Below, piece by piece: positions 24,878 through 38,225 of a stretch of DNA of 64,000 nucleotides. The DNA comes from Octopus vulgaris (Eukaryota): the NCBI GenBank assembly GCA_951406725.2, contig OX597815.1, positions 197,222,001 through 197,286,000 of the forward strand, in the 5' to 3' direction. The notes under the pieces were generated by a model that was not told where the DNA came from, did not search any database, and worked only from the letters and a program-made list of their open reading frames with translations. Both the position numbers and the translations under genes were made by a program. Each line of letters starts with the position of its first letter. Within the stretch, counting starts at the first letter, position 1.

Positions 24878-25099
24878 TGCGTATGTTTGTGTGTTTGTGT
24901 TTGTCCCCCCCAACATCGCTTGTCAACCAATGGTAGTGTCTTTATGTCCCGTCACTTAGCGGTTCGGCAAGAGAGACCAATAAAATAAGTACTAGGCTTA
25001 CAAAGAATAAATGCTGAGGTCGATTTGCTCGACTAAAGGCGGTGCTCCAGCATTGCCGCAGTCAACTGACTGAATCAAATAAAAGTAAAAGATAAAAGA
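24615..25099 (+). mobile_element. SINE family A
   Basis: Full-length match to the other A copies, with an internal (AT)n(GT)n tract. Confidence 0.9.
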
Positions 25100-26209
25100 A
25101 AAGTTAATTCACATCTATAGAGTCGCTGTTATTTTATAAAGTAACATCGTATATGTTATGCTGAAATTGTAGGCTTCTGTACAGTTGACGCTGTTTCTAT
25201 TTCTGTCTATTCATTAAGCAACCGATTATGTCGTGAATACAATAATTTTAACGTGATTGTATATTCTATACAAAAAACAAAAGAAGAAAATGTAAGCGTA
25301 TAAAATATCGAACTAACTTTGTGTGTTTCCTATATAAATTCGACGGATAATGAGGGGAAAATTTTGACCCGACCGGATTTATATAAATACTCAAACGGGA
25401 CGATATTAATTGTCAACGCTCTGCTGTTCTTTTCACTCCCACCGCTCTTCCGTGATAATGAAATTAAAGTATGTTTCTACTGAATTATTGATTATTCGCG
25501 TGCAGAAATGTTATAAATAGATATCTAGTTAAAGATCTAGATTTTCACCTTTCGAAAAATAAAACAAACACAACATTTATTATTCTTCCTTGTGCAACGA
25601 AGCAAAGATGAATCAACTTTTATATATATTTTTTCATCCACCATCGATTGATTTCTGTCTGAAAAGTATTGTAGAGTTAAAACTTGTGTTTGTTGAAATA
25701 GTGACATAATAAGTGTTTCTTACATTGGCACAGAGCCTGAGAAATCTGTTTTGGGGCAAAATATATCTGAAGTATGATATTAATGTTTTTATTTTTTTTT
25801 TCGTCTCAAAGACAATTTGAGTTATGAATGAAATGAAATAACTATACTCCTAGAAATTGAAACCTGACAGGGAATTATTTAGCATTTGTCTCTTATTACC
25901 CCTATTCTATTTAGTTCGTAATGAGAGAATAATTAGTGAGAATTCAGCTTTTGTTTCATTACTGTTTAGTTGATATATATACTTTCGTATGTAAATGTAG
26001 GGAAAGAAATCGAAACAGCTCCATGAACACGTTCCAAGGTACTGTTATTTTCATCTTTGCTCTTTAAACCACGTCACTAACTAGGGTTTAGTATTATTCA
26101 TTACATTTAGGTGACCGATACTAGTTGTGCCCAACTGGTGATCTATGAATAAATTATTCTGCAGACCGCAGAAATGGTCAGTATTAGTATTAAATAAAAT
26201 AATAAATAT

Positions 26210-26455
26210 GTCCTTTTAAGGCCTAACCATGCTCATTGGCCCGGTTTCCCGGTTTCAATGGCGTATGTGTTCCCCAGCTGGACGGGACGCCAGTCCATCG
26301 CAGCGTTACTCATTTTTGCCAGCTGAGTGGACTGGAGCAACGTGAAATGAAGTGTTTTGCTCAAGAACACAACGCGTCGCTCATTCCAGGAAAGGAAATC
26401 ACAATCTTACGATCATCATGCTGACACCCTTACCACTAAGCCTCGCTTCTCCACA
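26210..26455 (-). mobile_element. SINE family E (tRNA head, CORE-like middle, C-type tail)
   Basis: Minus strand gttgtgttcttgagcaaaacacttcatttcacgttgctccagt is shared with the 62072 copy. Tail gaaaccgggaaaccgg is shared with family C. Confidence 0.75.
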
Positions 26456-27521
26456 GTATATGTAATACATTCCGAATAACAGAGAAGGAAAACTGCGGAC
26501 ACGTGCCTTCTTTCTGCTTACACAGATGATTGTAAATATAACAGTGGATGTAACTTCTAAGGTTTAAAATTCAAAATTTCTAAGAACATAGCATCATTTA
26601 ATTTAGATAAATTTTAATGCAATTATAATGAGAAGAAAATTGTTTTAAATGTCCATCGTAGAAACTTCACTTCAGAATTAAATTTGACGTATGAAAAAAT
26701 ATAATGAAGTAAACTTTGTATACACATTGTATATGACCCTGATACAAACCCTGTAAGCCTAGTAGACTGGTAGAAGGAAGAGAAAAATTTATCCTTGTAG
26801 CAGAATCACTGCTTAGATACGTTCACCAGGATGGATTCCGTAAAAAGACTTTCAAGTGCCGGGGGGAGATGGCGGTGCGAAACTGATCTATGGATTAGTT
26901 CTAAATCATAAAATAGGAATGTTTTCTGGAGAGAAATTGACACAATTACCATTTCTTAAATTTTACTAAAATGGTTTTAGTCGCCGCGAGGTATGACAGG
27001 TTCCACAACGTCACCATACAATTTTGAAGTTAAAATTTTAATAACATCATATGGCCATTATTAGACCAACGGTCTGAAGGAGACGACTAACGTATGCGAT
27101 ATGAAATGTCATTGGTGAGAAATAAAATCACCAGAAAGTGGTAGTCTGCCTAGTGACTATAAAGGTTTGATTGCGTCAGGCTTCCTTGGAGCATATAGGT
27201 GATTGGTGCAATTAAGTCTTCAATGCCCCGTGCACGCTTTGGCGTCTGGATCTTCGCTCGGCTTTTCTCTCAGAAACAGGCGACTATATGGTTTTATTCT
27301 AACGTTTGAAAATAATGATGTTTATGCACATTTGCTAAGCGTATACACACAACGCTCTGGTTGCCTGATTTTTCATCTTCCAGAGGCATAATCACACGAT
27401 ATCATCCCCGTTATAGAGTGCTTGTGATTTCAAAACGTTCGCTTCCACGTATTAAATAGAATCTTACAATAATTCCACACGTGTACTCTATGTACTGCCT
27501 TTATGGCAAATGTTATGAAAT

Positions 27522-27656
27522 AAAGTAGCTTACCAACAACATGGTTCTGGGTTCAGTCCCGCTGTGTGACACCTAGGGCAAGTGTCTTCTACTATAGCCA
27601 CGGGACGACCAAAGCCTTGTGAGTGGATTTGGTAGACGGAAACTGAAAGAAGCCCG

Positions 27657-27737
<81 letters not shown>

Positions 27738-27969
27738 CATATGTATGTGTGCGTATATGTTTGTGTGTCTGGGTTTGTCAACCCAACATCACTTGACAAC
27801 CGATGCTGGTGTGTTTAAGTTCCCGTAACTTAGTGGTTCGGCAAAAAAACCCGATAGAATAAGTACTTTAGCTTACAAAGAATAAGTCCTGGGGGCGATT
27901 TGATTCGACTAAAGGCGGTGCTCCAGCATGGTCACAGTCAAATGACTGAAACAATTTAAAGAGTAAAAG
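27522..27969 (+). mobile_element. SINE family A (5' clipped)
   Basis: Sequence match to family A. Confidence 0.9.
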
Positions 27970-28042
27970 TGTATGTGTATGAACAACATTGAGGACTTGG
28001 ATGAGAACTGATGTGCTTATGTTCACTGAAAACACGGGTGAT

Positions 28043-28367
28043 GGATGGAAGCACTCCGTCGGTTACGACGACGAGGGTTCCGGTTGATCCGAATCAACGG
28101 AACAGCCTGCTCGTGAAATTAACGTGTAAGTGGCTGAGCACTCCACAGACACGTGTACCCTTAACGTAGTTCTCGGGGATATTCAGCGTGACACAGAGAG
28201 TGACAAGGCCGACCCTTTGAAATACAGGTACAACAGAAACAGGAAGTAAGAGTGAGAGAAAGTTGTGGTGAAAGAGTACAGCAGGGATCACCACCATCCC
28301 CTGCCGGAGCCTCGTGGAGCTTTAGATGTTTTCGCTCAATAAATACTCACATCGCCCGGTCTGGGAA
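28043..28367 (-). mobile_element. SINE family D, 5'-truncated
   Basis: Near-identical to 31730-32077. 13-bp TSD aaacacgggtgat (28030-28042, 28366-28378). Confidence 0.9.
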
Positions 28368-28626
28368 ACACGGGTGATAATGACATTGAAGAAGATGATG
28401 TAGAAGACTTTGATGGTGCATGAAAGTTTAAAGAACTACTGCATCTTGAAGATATTTGATGAGCGACTGGAAAACGAATAAACTTAATGAACTGTGGAAG
28501 CGAGAATGATCATAATAACTTGGTGTCGTTATCACATGAATCAATCTTGGCGATTAGTGAGAGTGAACAATTCTTACGCTCAGATATCAATTTCGAAGAC
28601 AAGATTAGAAAGTGGGATGTAGTTAG

Positions 28627-29046
28627 TCTTTACTCTTTACTCTTTTACTTGTTTCAGTCATTTGACTGCGGCCATGCTGGAGCACCGCCTTTAGTCATGC
28701 AAATCGACCCCAGCATTTATTCTTTGTAAGCTTAGTACTTATTCTATCGGTCTCTTTTGTCGAACTGCTAAGTTACGGGGACGTAAACACACCAGCATCG
28801 GTTGTCAAGCGATGCTGGGGGGACAAATACAGACACACAAACGTATACACACACACACACATATATACATATATAAATATATGCGATGGGCTTCTTTCAG
28901 TTTCCGTCTCACAAATCCACTCACAAGGCTTTGGTCGGCCCGAGGCTATAGTAGAAAACACTTGCCCAAGGTGCCATGCAGTGGGAAGGAACCCAGAACC
29001 TTGTGGTTGGTAAGCAATCAACTTACTACACAGCCACTCCTGCGCC
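28627..29046 (-). mobile_element. SINE family A
   Basis: Reverse full-length match. Confidence 0.9.
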
Positions 29047-30669
29047 TAGTTGAGAGAAAAATGAACTCAACTATGAATGACGTTAAGATATTTGTCATAG
29101 ATTTTGTGGTTCATATTAATGTAAATGAAGCAAGATATTTGTCATAGATTGTGCGGCTACATTAGTGTAAATGAAGCAAACAAAAACTGCTTCAGAAGAG
29201 CAGGGGACATAACTCTTGGTCTAAAACTCATACAAGATACGGACAAACTGGTCTACAATTTTCTTAAGATATCTAGATATAGGGGCACTTTAGAAGAAAA
29301 ATAGGATGTTATGATGTACATGACTATTTTGGACACAAAAAATAGCATTATGGTGATGAAAGAAACGAAAAGTAGTGATGAAGTGTCGTATTAGTCTCTC
29401 GATATCGGGATATCATAAACGTCATCAAGAAATATGATTATAGAATTCATCTCACATTATATACAATAACTAGAGCTGATTATTTCTCTCTGTGAATATC
29501 AAAAATATTCAAAGAAAAACTGAAAAACTAGAAATTAAGTACGACAAGGGATTTAATATAGCGGTATATGTATTGATGGGGCTAAATTTGAGTGATGACA
29601 CCTTCATTATTCATTCTGAAAAGAGATTGGCTTCCTGTGTACACTTGATATACGCATGACACTTCAGTTTGTCTTCTAAAATATACAGTTCGTTTCAGAC
29701 TTGTTACTTCCGAGTTATTTCAGCTGGCGTGATTTGAGCTGAGTTATAGGAAATGGCAAAACTAAACTAGGGAATAAAATATTTATCAGCTGTATTTCAT
29801 TTTGACAAGATACGTTATTTAGCGTTGGATATAGCGCATATGTCGACTGGGAAAGACCTCAGCATCTGTACCATATCAAAATTATATTCGACAATATGAG
29901 TAGCGCTTCTTCAGCCGTGTCTTAATTTCGTTGTAAAGATACTAGGCCTGAAGCCGTTAGATTTAGCCCAGTATATTTAGTTCGAACTGTGTATAACAAA
30001 GGAGAATGTTTTAACTCTAAAATGAAGTGTTTGTGTTTTAATGACAGCCTCAACTATAATAAAATTGTTAACCACAAAGACAGCACTTCGATTCTATTAA
30101 TATTACACCGGATGGATTTACAGAAAGATTAAATATCACATAACTCTTAAGCATTTATACTCCATCAAATAGGGATGTCCTCTATAACTTTGTTATCATC
30201 AGACGATTAGGTTTTAACGCATAAATGAACAAATTCTGCCCAATTTACTTTGAAATGATAAATGAAAAAGACATACGTCAAATTATAGTGCGATACAGAG
30301 ACATAGCTTCAGGGAGATTAACTTTCTTTTTGATGCACCAACCAAACATAATATAATCACTAGTTTAGAGCTATTGGTAAAATTGCACAAGGTTTGGCTG
30401 CCTGAATCTCTTCCCGATTGCTCTTTTCTATTCATCACTTATCCATTTTATTATCAATCGATGAAACTATCTAGATACAATTGTGATGCGACTTTCGGAC
30501 TGTTCAGAGGCAATTTCTCAAGCCGCTTGCTAGCAATTTAACCGAACATCCACGCAAGTTTCTCTTATTTTGAATCCTTTATCTCTAAGTTTTGGGAATT
30601 TTGGGGTTATATTGTACCGTATACATACAAAGTCCTATCGACAAATATTCGTAACTGCACAATATAAAT

Positions 30670-31080
30670 TTGTCCTACGAAGAAAGGCTGAGGACGCTCG
30701 ACCTTTATTCTCTTGAAAAACGCCGCCGCCGTGGTGATCTCATTCTCGCCCACAACATCATAAGCGGAAAGTGTAACCTCTCGAAAGAGCTGTTCTTCAC
30801 TCCTGCTCCAAAGCGTCGGCTGCGGGGTCATTCCGAAAAGCTCTACCTGCGACGATTTCATCTCAATCGAAGGAGAGGAGCTTTCTCCGTCCGGGTTGCG
30901 GATCCGTGGAACCAGCTGCCAGACGAGATGGTAAAGATGCCGACGACCGCTTTGTTCAAAGCCTCCCTGGACCTCAAGTGGTCTGAACTCTTTACATGAA
31001 CACCACCCTGTACTTAACTCCATGTCCCCCTACATGGCCTTGCTATTTGCTTTTGAGCCAAATTAACTAACTAACTAACT
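30670..31080 (+). mobile_element. 5'-truncated CR1-like LINE 3' end (ORF2 C-terminus 30670-30999, UTR, (CTAA)n tail)
   Basis: LSYEERLRTLDLYSLEKRRRRGDLI...LRGHSEKL...FSVRVADPWNQLP...FKASLD is the characteristic CR1/L2-group ORF2 C-terminus. The frame is still open. A short tandem tail follows. Confidence 0.88.
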
Positions 31081-31111
31081 AAATATACACAATATTTTAA
31101 CCAAGTTTTCA

Positions 31112-31518
31112 AGGAGTGGCTGTGTGGTAAGTAGCTTGCTAACCAATCACATGGTTGCGGGTTCAGTCCCGCTGCCTAGCATCTTGGGCAAGTGTCTTCT
31201 GCTATAGCCTCGGGCCGACCAATGCTTTGTGAGTGGATTTAGTAGACGGAAACTGAAAGAAGCCCGTCGTACATATGTATATATATATATGTATGTGTAT
31301 GTGTGTGTTTGTGTGTCTGCGTTTGTCCCCCTAGCATTGCTTGACAACCGATGCTGGTGTGTTTACCGCCCCGTCACTTAACGGTTCGGCAAAAGAGAAC
31401 GATAGAATAAGTACTGGGCTTACAAAGAATAAGTTCGGGGTCGATTTACTCGACTAAAGGCGGTGCTCCAGCATGGCCGCAGTCAAATGACTGAAACAAG
31501 TAAAAGAGTAAAAGAGTA
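31112..31518 (+). mobile_element. SINE family A
   Basis: Full-length match. Confidence 0.9.
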
Positions 31519-31729
31519 TCTAAATACAGCAATATTCTTCTCTATTTTCATATGATACTCCTCAAATGACTGAAACGAGTAAAAGAGTAAAGTGAAGCAA
31601 ATTACAACTTCATGTCGTACCATGATTAACCACGTGGATAAACTCACTCAAATCTTTTTATCGACCGCAGCCGACTATGAACAGCAACGGCCAAAATGAC
31701 AACAATTACAATGACTACCACAACAATGG

Positions 31730-32077
31730 GGATGGAAGCACTCCGTCGGTTACGACGACGAGGGTTCCGGTTGATCCGATCAACGGAACAGCCTGCTTGT
31801 GAAATTAACGTGTAAGAGGCTGAGCACTCCACAGACAAGTGTACCCTTAACGTAGTTCTCGGGGATATTCAGCGTGACACAGAGAGTGACAAGGCCGGCC
31901 CTTTGAAATACATGTACAACAGAAACAGGAAGTAAGAGAAAGTTGTGGTGAAAGAGTACAGCAGGGATCACCACCATCCCTTGCCGGAGACTCGTGGAGC
32001 TTTTAGGTGTTTTCGCTCAATAAACACTCACAACGCCGGGTCTGGGAATCGAAACCACTGGGCCATTGCGCCTCCAC
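31730..32077 (-). mobile_element. SINE family D with internally deleted tRNA head
   Basis: Matches the 28043 copy. Head gtggaggcgcaatggcccagtggtt is joined directly to tcgattccc. Confidence 0.88.
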
Positions 32078-32121
32078 ACTACAACAATAACCTCTAAGCC
32101 ACAGTCGACTCACCACTATCA

Positions 32122-32525
32122 CTTTAACTCTTTTACTTGTTTCAGTCATTTGACTGTGGCCATGCTGAAGCACTGCCTTTAGTCGAGCAAATAGACCCCA
32201 GGACTTTGCAAGCCTAGTATTTATTCTATCGGTCGCTTGTGCCGAACCGCCAAGTTACGGAGACGTAAACACACCAGCATCCGTTGTCAAGTGATGATGG
32301 TGGGGGGATAAATACAGACACACAAACATACACACACACACATACACATATATATAAACATATATACGACGGGCTTTCCTCAGTTTCCGTCTACCAAATC
32401 CACTCACAAGGCTTTGGTCGGCCCGAGGCTGTAGTAGAAGACACTGCGCAAGGTGCCACGCAGTGTAAATGAACCCGGAATATGGTTGGAAAGCAAGCTA
32501 CTTACCATGCAGTCACTCCTGCGCC
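32122..32525 (-). mobile_element. SINE family A
   Basis: Reverse full-length match; a short extra copy of the 5' end follows at 32529-32549. Confidence 0.88.
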
Positions 32526-32597
32526 TTTCCACACAGCCACACCTGCACCAATGATATTTTCATTACTGCTGTTATCTTCCATTGAACTACTAAAAGT

Positions 32598-32642
<45 letters not shown>

Positions 32643-33826
32643 CAAATTCAACCACTCCTTATTTCTCCGTTCCCAACGCTGCTGCCCCAAAGTCAACGCT
32701 ACCAGACAAAACTTCAACTGTTACCGCTACCGCTGCCAGTGACCAACTCCACCACTCTTTTCTCCCTCTCCCACCACAACTGTTGGCAAAATTGGAATCA
32801 AGCTTTTTGATTTTGTTTTTGTTCTCGCTGGGTGCTTTCTTATTACCCTGAGTTGTGAGATGAGTACATATTGGTACTGCTGCAACAGAGTAAGTTTATA
32901 TTGAGATTTTGCCGTTTACTGCTAGCTTTGATTTTAATAGTACGGAGAGTCCTGGGTGAGATACGTGAACATACATTCTTACCGTGGATGCAAATCAAAA
33001 CAGTCGGCAAAACTCTGTGTAAACACAACCTCAGCCACCAAATAATCCTTGATCAGTTAAATTATTTGTTATCCGCACGGAACCTGGCAAAATTCATTCA
33101 GAAAACTAAAGTACCCTGGCTATCATAAAGCACCAATCACTGTCATTACCTCAGTACAAAAGCTACCCTCCTCGCTGCTATTAAGCCATCAGTCTGTTTC
33201 GTAACCATTAAAAACGTCTAATGAAACCACTATTCTAGTCTCAACAATTCTCTGAATGCACGAGGCATCAGTCTGTCCTACACTGCAAAACGATAGAATA
33301 TTCAATTCAGTGAATATTGCGTTGCCGACCACCCTCATTGCACTTCTTTCTTTATCTTTTTAAAGAATTTCTTTGACAAGTGCCATTTGGAAGCTGAAAT
33401 AAGAGTGAAGTATTCGAGCGAAGCACATTGGTAGAAGAAAGAGAGTTGTCTTTTCTTACCCAACTTATATGCTGCTGATAAAAATGTCTCATTCTCCAAT
33501 ATCTTTTGCGAGTCAGTGTTAATGTATGAAACAAACTAATAACAGCAATAATTGTGCTCTAAGCGTTGCTTCGAGTGCCACTACAATGTTTCAAAGAATG
33601 TCACTTGAACACGTCTTCCATCACACGGTGTCAGTCAAATAAAATTTTAATAATGAGCGACATCAGTTTCTCATGTGTTGATTGGTCTACTCATATCTTG
33701 AAATCAAATGCGTGCGCATTTCAACCGCAGACAAATCAGCAGTGAAATCACTATTAAAATTTATAAAATCTCTCTTGTCCAACTCGAACGCATGCAAACG
33801 AAATTTAACAAAAATACATTAGACTT

Positions 33827-34265
33827 GTTTGTTCCTCTTCGAGCCATGCGTGGCTCATTAGAGCCGGTTTCCCGGTTTCCTTGGCCTATAAGTTCCCCAC
33901 CTGGACTAGATGCCGGTCCGTCGCAAGTTTGCCGCAAGATGCAGGAGGAAAGAGTGAGAGAAATTTGTGGCGAAAGAGTCAGCAGAAGTTCGCCATTACC
34001 TTCTGCCGGAGTCGCGTGGAACTTAGGTGTTTCGCTCATAAACACACACATCGCCCGGTCTGAGATTCGAACCCGCGATACTTCGACCGCGAGTCCGCTG
34101 CTCTAATCACAAGGCCATGTACCTCCACGTTGGTACTTAATTTATCGACCCGGAAAGTATGAAAGGCAAAGTCGGCCTCGGCGGAATTTGAACTCAGAAC
34201 GTAAGACACGAAATACCGCTAAGCATTTCGTCCAGCGTGCTAACGATTCTGCCAGCTCACCGTCC
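33827..34265 (-). mobile_element. Chimeric SINE: family B 5' part (34129-34265) fused to a full family C copy (33827-34128)
   Basis: Both parts are enclosed by one 12-bp TSD tacattagactt (33815-33826, 34266-34277). Confidence 0.85.
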
Positions 34266-35106
34266 TACATTAGACTTAGTGTTAAGTAAACACTATTCTC
34301 AATATTGCAGTGGCCAGAAAAATAATAAGAACGAAAAGCTCTTCTTTCCGATCACAATATAATTCTCTGCTGCCAAAAGTGATACATGATCTCACTCCAG
34401 CCATAGACTTTTAACCTTATTGATCTTCACTTTGCTAACTGGAATGCAATCACCCACGACCTTTTACTTGCTAGATGGTCTTTCACATACTCTCGCATAC
34501 CAAGCAGCATCTATTCATCATCGCTGTTATTTATGGTCATTTTCATAAATATATGTTCACACCACACTCCACTATGGTCCACGAACAAAACTAAATACAA
34601 GCAACTGGAAAACAGTTAGAAAGATAAATTCTTTAGAATTCGCGGTTTAGAGACGTTTCTATCAATATCAGTCTCTTTTCTACCGTCATTAGTCCTTACC
34701 CTGAAAACTGTAGTACAATGCGATCTCCTTATAGAAAACAAAATGTTATAAAAACTGAAGCACCCAAAGATCAATCTTACACAGAAAAACAATAGATGAC
34801 ATGATAAATCTTGATTACTAGGATAAGTTCAAGAAGCTCGTATTTATTTCCTCCAACGCTACAATGAGTGCAATATCATTTGTATGATGTAGAAAATTTT
34901 CTAACAGTATTTCCAAAATTGTATTGGCATAAACTTAAAAATTTTCCGAAGGCATGTTCTCCATCAACTCCGTCCTCTACAAAAATGAAGCTCACTTCGC
35001 ATCACAATACTATGACAATTATTTCACCTCAACACTCTGAAAAAATAATTCACTATTTGAATAGACAGTGAGGTCCAAAGAATGACTGCAATATGGAAAA
35101 TCATTA

Positions 35107-35322
35107 AGGCAGCGAGCTGGCAGAATCGTTAGCACGCCGGGCGAAATGCTTAGCAGTATTTCGTCTGTCTTTACGTTCTGAGTTCAAATTCCGCCGAGGT
35201 TGACTTCGCCTTTCATCCTTTCGGGGTCAATAAATTAAGTACCGGTTGCGTATTGGGATCGATCTAATCAACTTGCTTCCTCCACCAATATTTCGGGCCT
35301 TGTGCCTAGGGTAGAAAAGAAT
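35107..35322 (+). mobile_element. SINE family B
   Basis: 14-bp TSD aatatggaaaatca (35090-35103, 35320-35333). Confidence 0.9.
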
Positions 35323-36099
35323 ATGGAAAATCACTAAATGACTTTTCCAGAGAGTGCTATTAATTTAGTCATGACCGGAACCAATACTGTCGGAAACTTA
35401 TCTAAGTGTCTACGGATAGATGTACAATAGTATTTCTTTCCGCTTTTTATGACGAATATTATTTTCTAGGTGTAAATGTTAAATCCTGCATCCTACTGAC
35501 GAAACAGATACATTTAAGCAACACAAAATAATCAGTTCATCACTCTATAACCTCTCTACTTTATCGGTTCTGCTGATTGTTGCTCCTGTTTCATATTATA
35601 TTTATTAACAGATAGATATAAAATTATAAAATTATAATAGATAATACGAAAATGATAGATATAGAATATCGAACTGCATAGAATTTCTAATGCTTATCTT
35701 CAAGTAAAAATATTTATAAAAGAAACACCTGCGCTAAAACTTTTGCTTATTCATCATAGTATATTCTAGAATATAAACATTTAAATTATTTTTTGTACAC
35801 ATACAAGTTTATGAGAGAACAATAAAAAAAAACTGCAGTGATATACATAATATAAAATGTAATTCATAGTAGTAAACGATTAGATCTATTAAAACAGGTG
35901 TATGAAACTATATTTTAATCGTATGCCAATGAGAAAATGTCAGAAAATTATATTTATTCAGTGCAAAGTCTGTTTCGGAAAAAATATTAAATATCGCGTT
36001 AATATTACATTTGCAAAACGATATCTTATTAAGTGTTATGTAGGTAATGTAGTCGATAGATATTCCAAGTAAGAATCTGATGTTTTCGAAATTCTAATT

Positions 36100-36290
36100 A
36101 TATATATATAACTTTTTTTGAGAATGAGATAAAAAAACCAACGCTGTGAAGATTTTAGAAGATTTATAAATGTTCTTAAATCTTCACAGCCTTGGTTTTT
36201 TTTTACCTCATTCTTAAAAAAAAAGTTATGTATATACACGCTGATATATGACCTACATTGGACTCCTTATTCGCATAATCACCGAACCTG
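36100..36290. repeat. Near-perfect ~135-bp palindrome with one-sided extension (family also at 55880-56066)
   Basis: gaatgagataaaaaaaccaacgctgtgaagatttt...atttataaat...aaatcttcacagccttggtttttttttacctcattc. The extension cacgctga...ttattcgca matches 55880-55930 in reverse. Confidence 0.8.
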
Positions 36291-36376
36291 GAGCTTAACT
36301 ATGATCTATCCATAGCACTTACTCAGCATTACCTGATAACTTCAAGTCTTACTGACACCATTACCTCTCATAACCT

Positions 36377-36426
<50 letters not shown>

Positions 36427-36562
36427 GACAGTTATATATGCAAAAAAAAAGCGTATATACAGTTAAAATGAAGAAAGAATTTCATTGCGAGGCGTAACAC
36501 TGATTAAATAAAATAAGTATTGAAAAGATTTCACAAAAACTAATATTAATCGATTTGATAAC

Positions 36563-36990
36563 CTTTTCTACTATAGGTGCAAAGCCTGATATATGGGGAG
36601 AGGTGGGGTTTATTGAATTATATCCATCACAATGCTCAACTGGTGATTATTTCATCGACCGTGAAAGGATGAAGACTTAAGTCAACCTTGGGAAAATTTG
36701 AACGCAAAACGTAAAGACGGGAGAAATCCTGCTAATCGTTTTGTCTGACTTGCTAACGATTCTGTCTAGTCGTTGCCTTCAGATTCAAATTTTGACACAA
36801 CACCATCAATTTTAGGGAGAGGGTCAATTCGATTACATCGATCCCAGTACTCAACTGGTGCTGATTTTATCGACCCCGCAAAGACGAAAGGCAAAATCAA
36901 CCTCGAATTTGAACTGGGAATATAAAGTCGGAAGACATGTTGCGAAACAATTTGTCCGGCGAGCTAATGATTCTGCAAACTCACCGCCTT
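36563..36990 (-). mobile_element. Two older, diverged SINE family B copies
   Basis: Degenerate reverse matches to the head and the atcgaccccg...gaaag body. Confidence 0.7.
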
Positions 36991-37906
36991 TAATCAATTT
37001 GATTGAAATAATGACGATTCGTTGATTATTTTTTGCCGCAGTAGAACTATAAGTCTACTTAAGCGACCATAGGGACTTCCTGGAATACAAAACATCGAAT
37101 GACTATCCAATAATCTCAAGACGGTGTAATGTTTATTACTAGGAAATTGAGATGTTGTGTAAATACATTCTGATTAACTAGTGTTATATTTAGAATGAGG
37201 TCCATGTCACCAGTTGGCAACTTTCTCAAATGTATATTTTGTATGACCTAGGGAACTCCTAAAGGTTTAGCATGAAAAATATTCTCATTAAAACTATATT
37301 TATGAATATACAAATGATATTTATCTACTCAGATATATATCACATCAGTTGATTGAATAGACCTTTACTAGTTGATGAATATCTGTTTCTGATATTTACT
37401 ATGAGATTATGAAGACAAACTATATTTCCTGTGTTTTAATAAATGCGTAAGTAATAAATATTGTGAAAAAGATCTACATACAGTCATTAACATTTCAAAC
37501 CTAAAATAAGGAATAAAAGATATCCGAAAAAGAAAAAGAAAAACGTGTAACGCAGAAAGCAATATATTTGTGAATATATAGTCGCTTTCCAAATAAATAG
37601 ACATTTCATACGTGAACACAGGCGGCTGCGTACATAGACTAAAAAATAAAAAGAGAGAGAAACAAAATGATAAAGAAGCACAGATATAAAAACATTATGA
37701 GATGTATGTATACAGGCGTACATATATGTGTGAGTGTGCGTGTTTGTTTGTTTGTGTGTGTGTATGGTATGCTCGTGTGTGCGTGTGTGTATGCGTTTGT
37801 GTTTGTGTATTCATATGTTGGTTGAAAAAATAAATTTATGAGAATACACACATATAAAGATAAATCTGTCTATATATATCCGACTTTGTATGATTGTGTA
37901 TAGAAG

Positions 37907-38225
37907 AATATATTAATCAATGAAAATCCAACTTGGTCTGATGTGCACAATTTATTATTTGCAGTGTTTACCATTTTAAAATTTTACTATTTTACTATTT
38001 TACAATATTGAAATATACTAGTACTTTCATGCATTACGCAATCATCAGGTTTATGTAGTAACAGTCGTGTTCCACAACTGACGACTGTTGTCTGATGACT
38101 GCGTAACGCATGAAATTACTGGTTCGATTCAATATTACATAATTGCAATAGTTTAAAGTTGTAAAAAAATTGGAAATAATGAAACGTGCAAATCAGATTA
38201 TTTTGGAACTTCATTGATAAATATA
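37907..38225. mobile_element. Diverged fold-back element with two divergently oriented hammerhead-like motifs (Penelope-like)
   Basis: Inverted arms atcaatgaaaatccaa...tgcac...caatattgaa / ttcaatatt...gtgcaaatcaga...ttcattgat. CTGATGA-TGCG taa (C/T)GCA-T-GAAA on both strands (38015-38052 minus, 38089-38125 plus). Confidence 0.7.

Noticed and set aside
24650-24988. Recurring peptides such as [20 protein letters not shown] and [21 protein letters not shown]
   Set aside because: Chance translations of SINE A copies.
28060-28125. Hammerhead-like layout gtt-ACGACGA-long stem-GAAA-TT-aac in the SINE D tail
   Set aside because: Core positions 3 and 4 are wrong (A3 cannot pair with G8) and it is antisense to the SINE. 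More likely a LINE-type 3' stem-loop.
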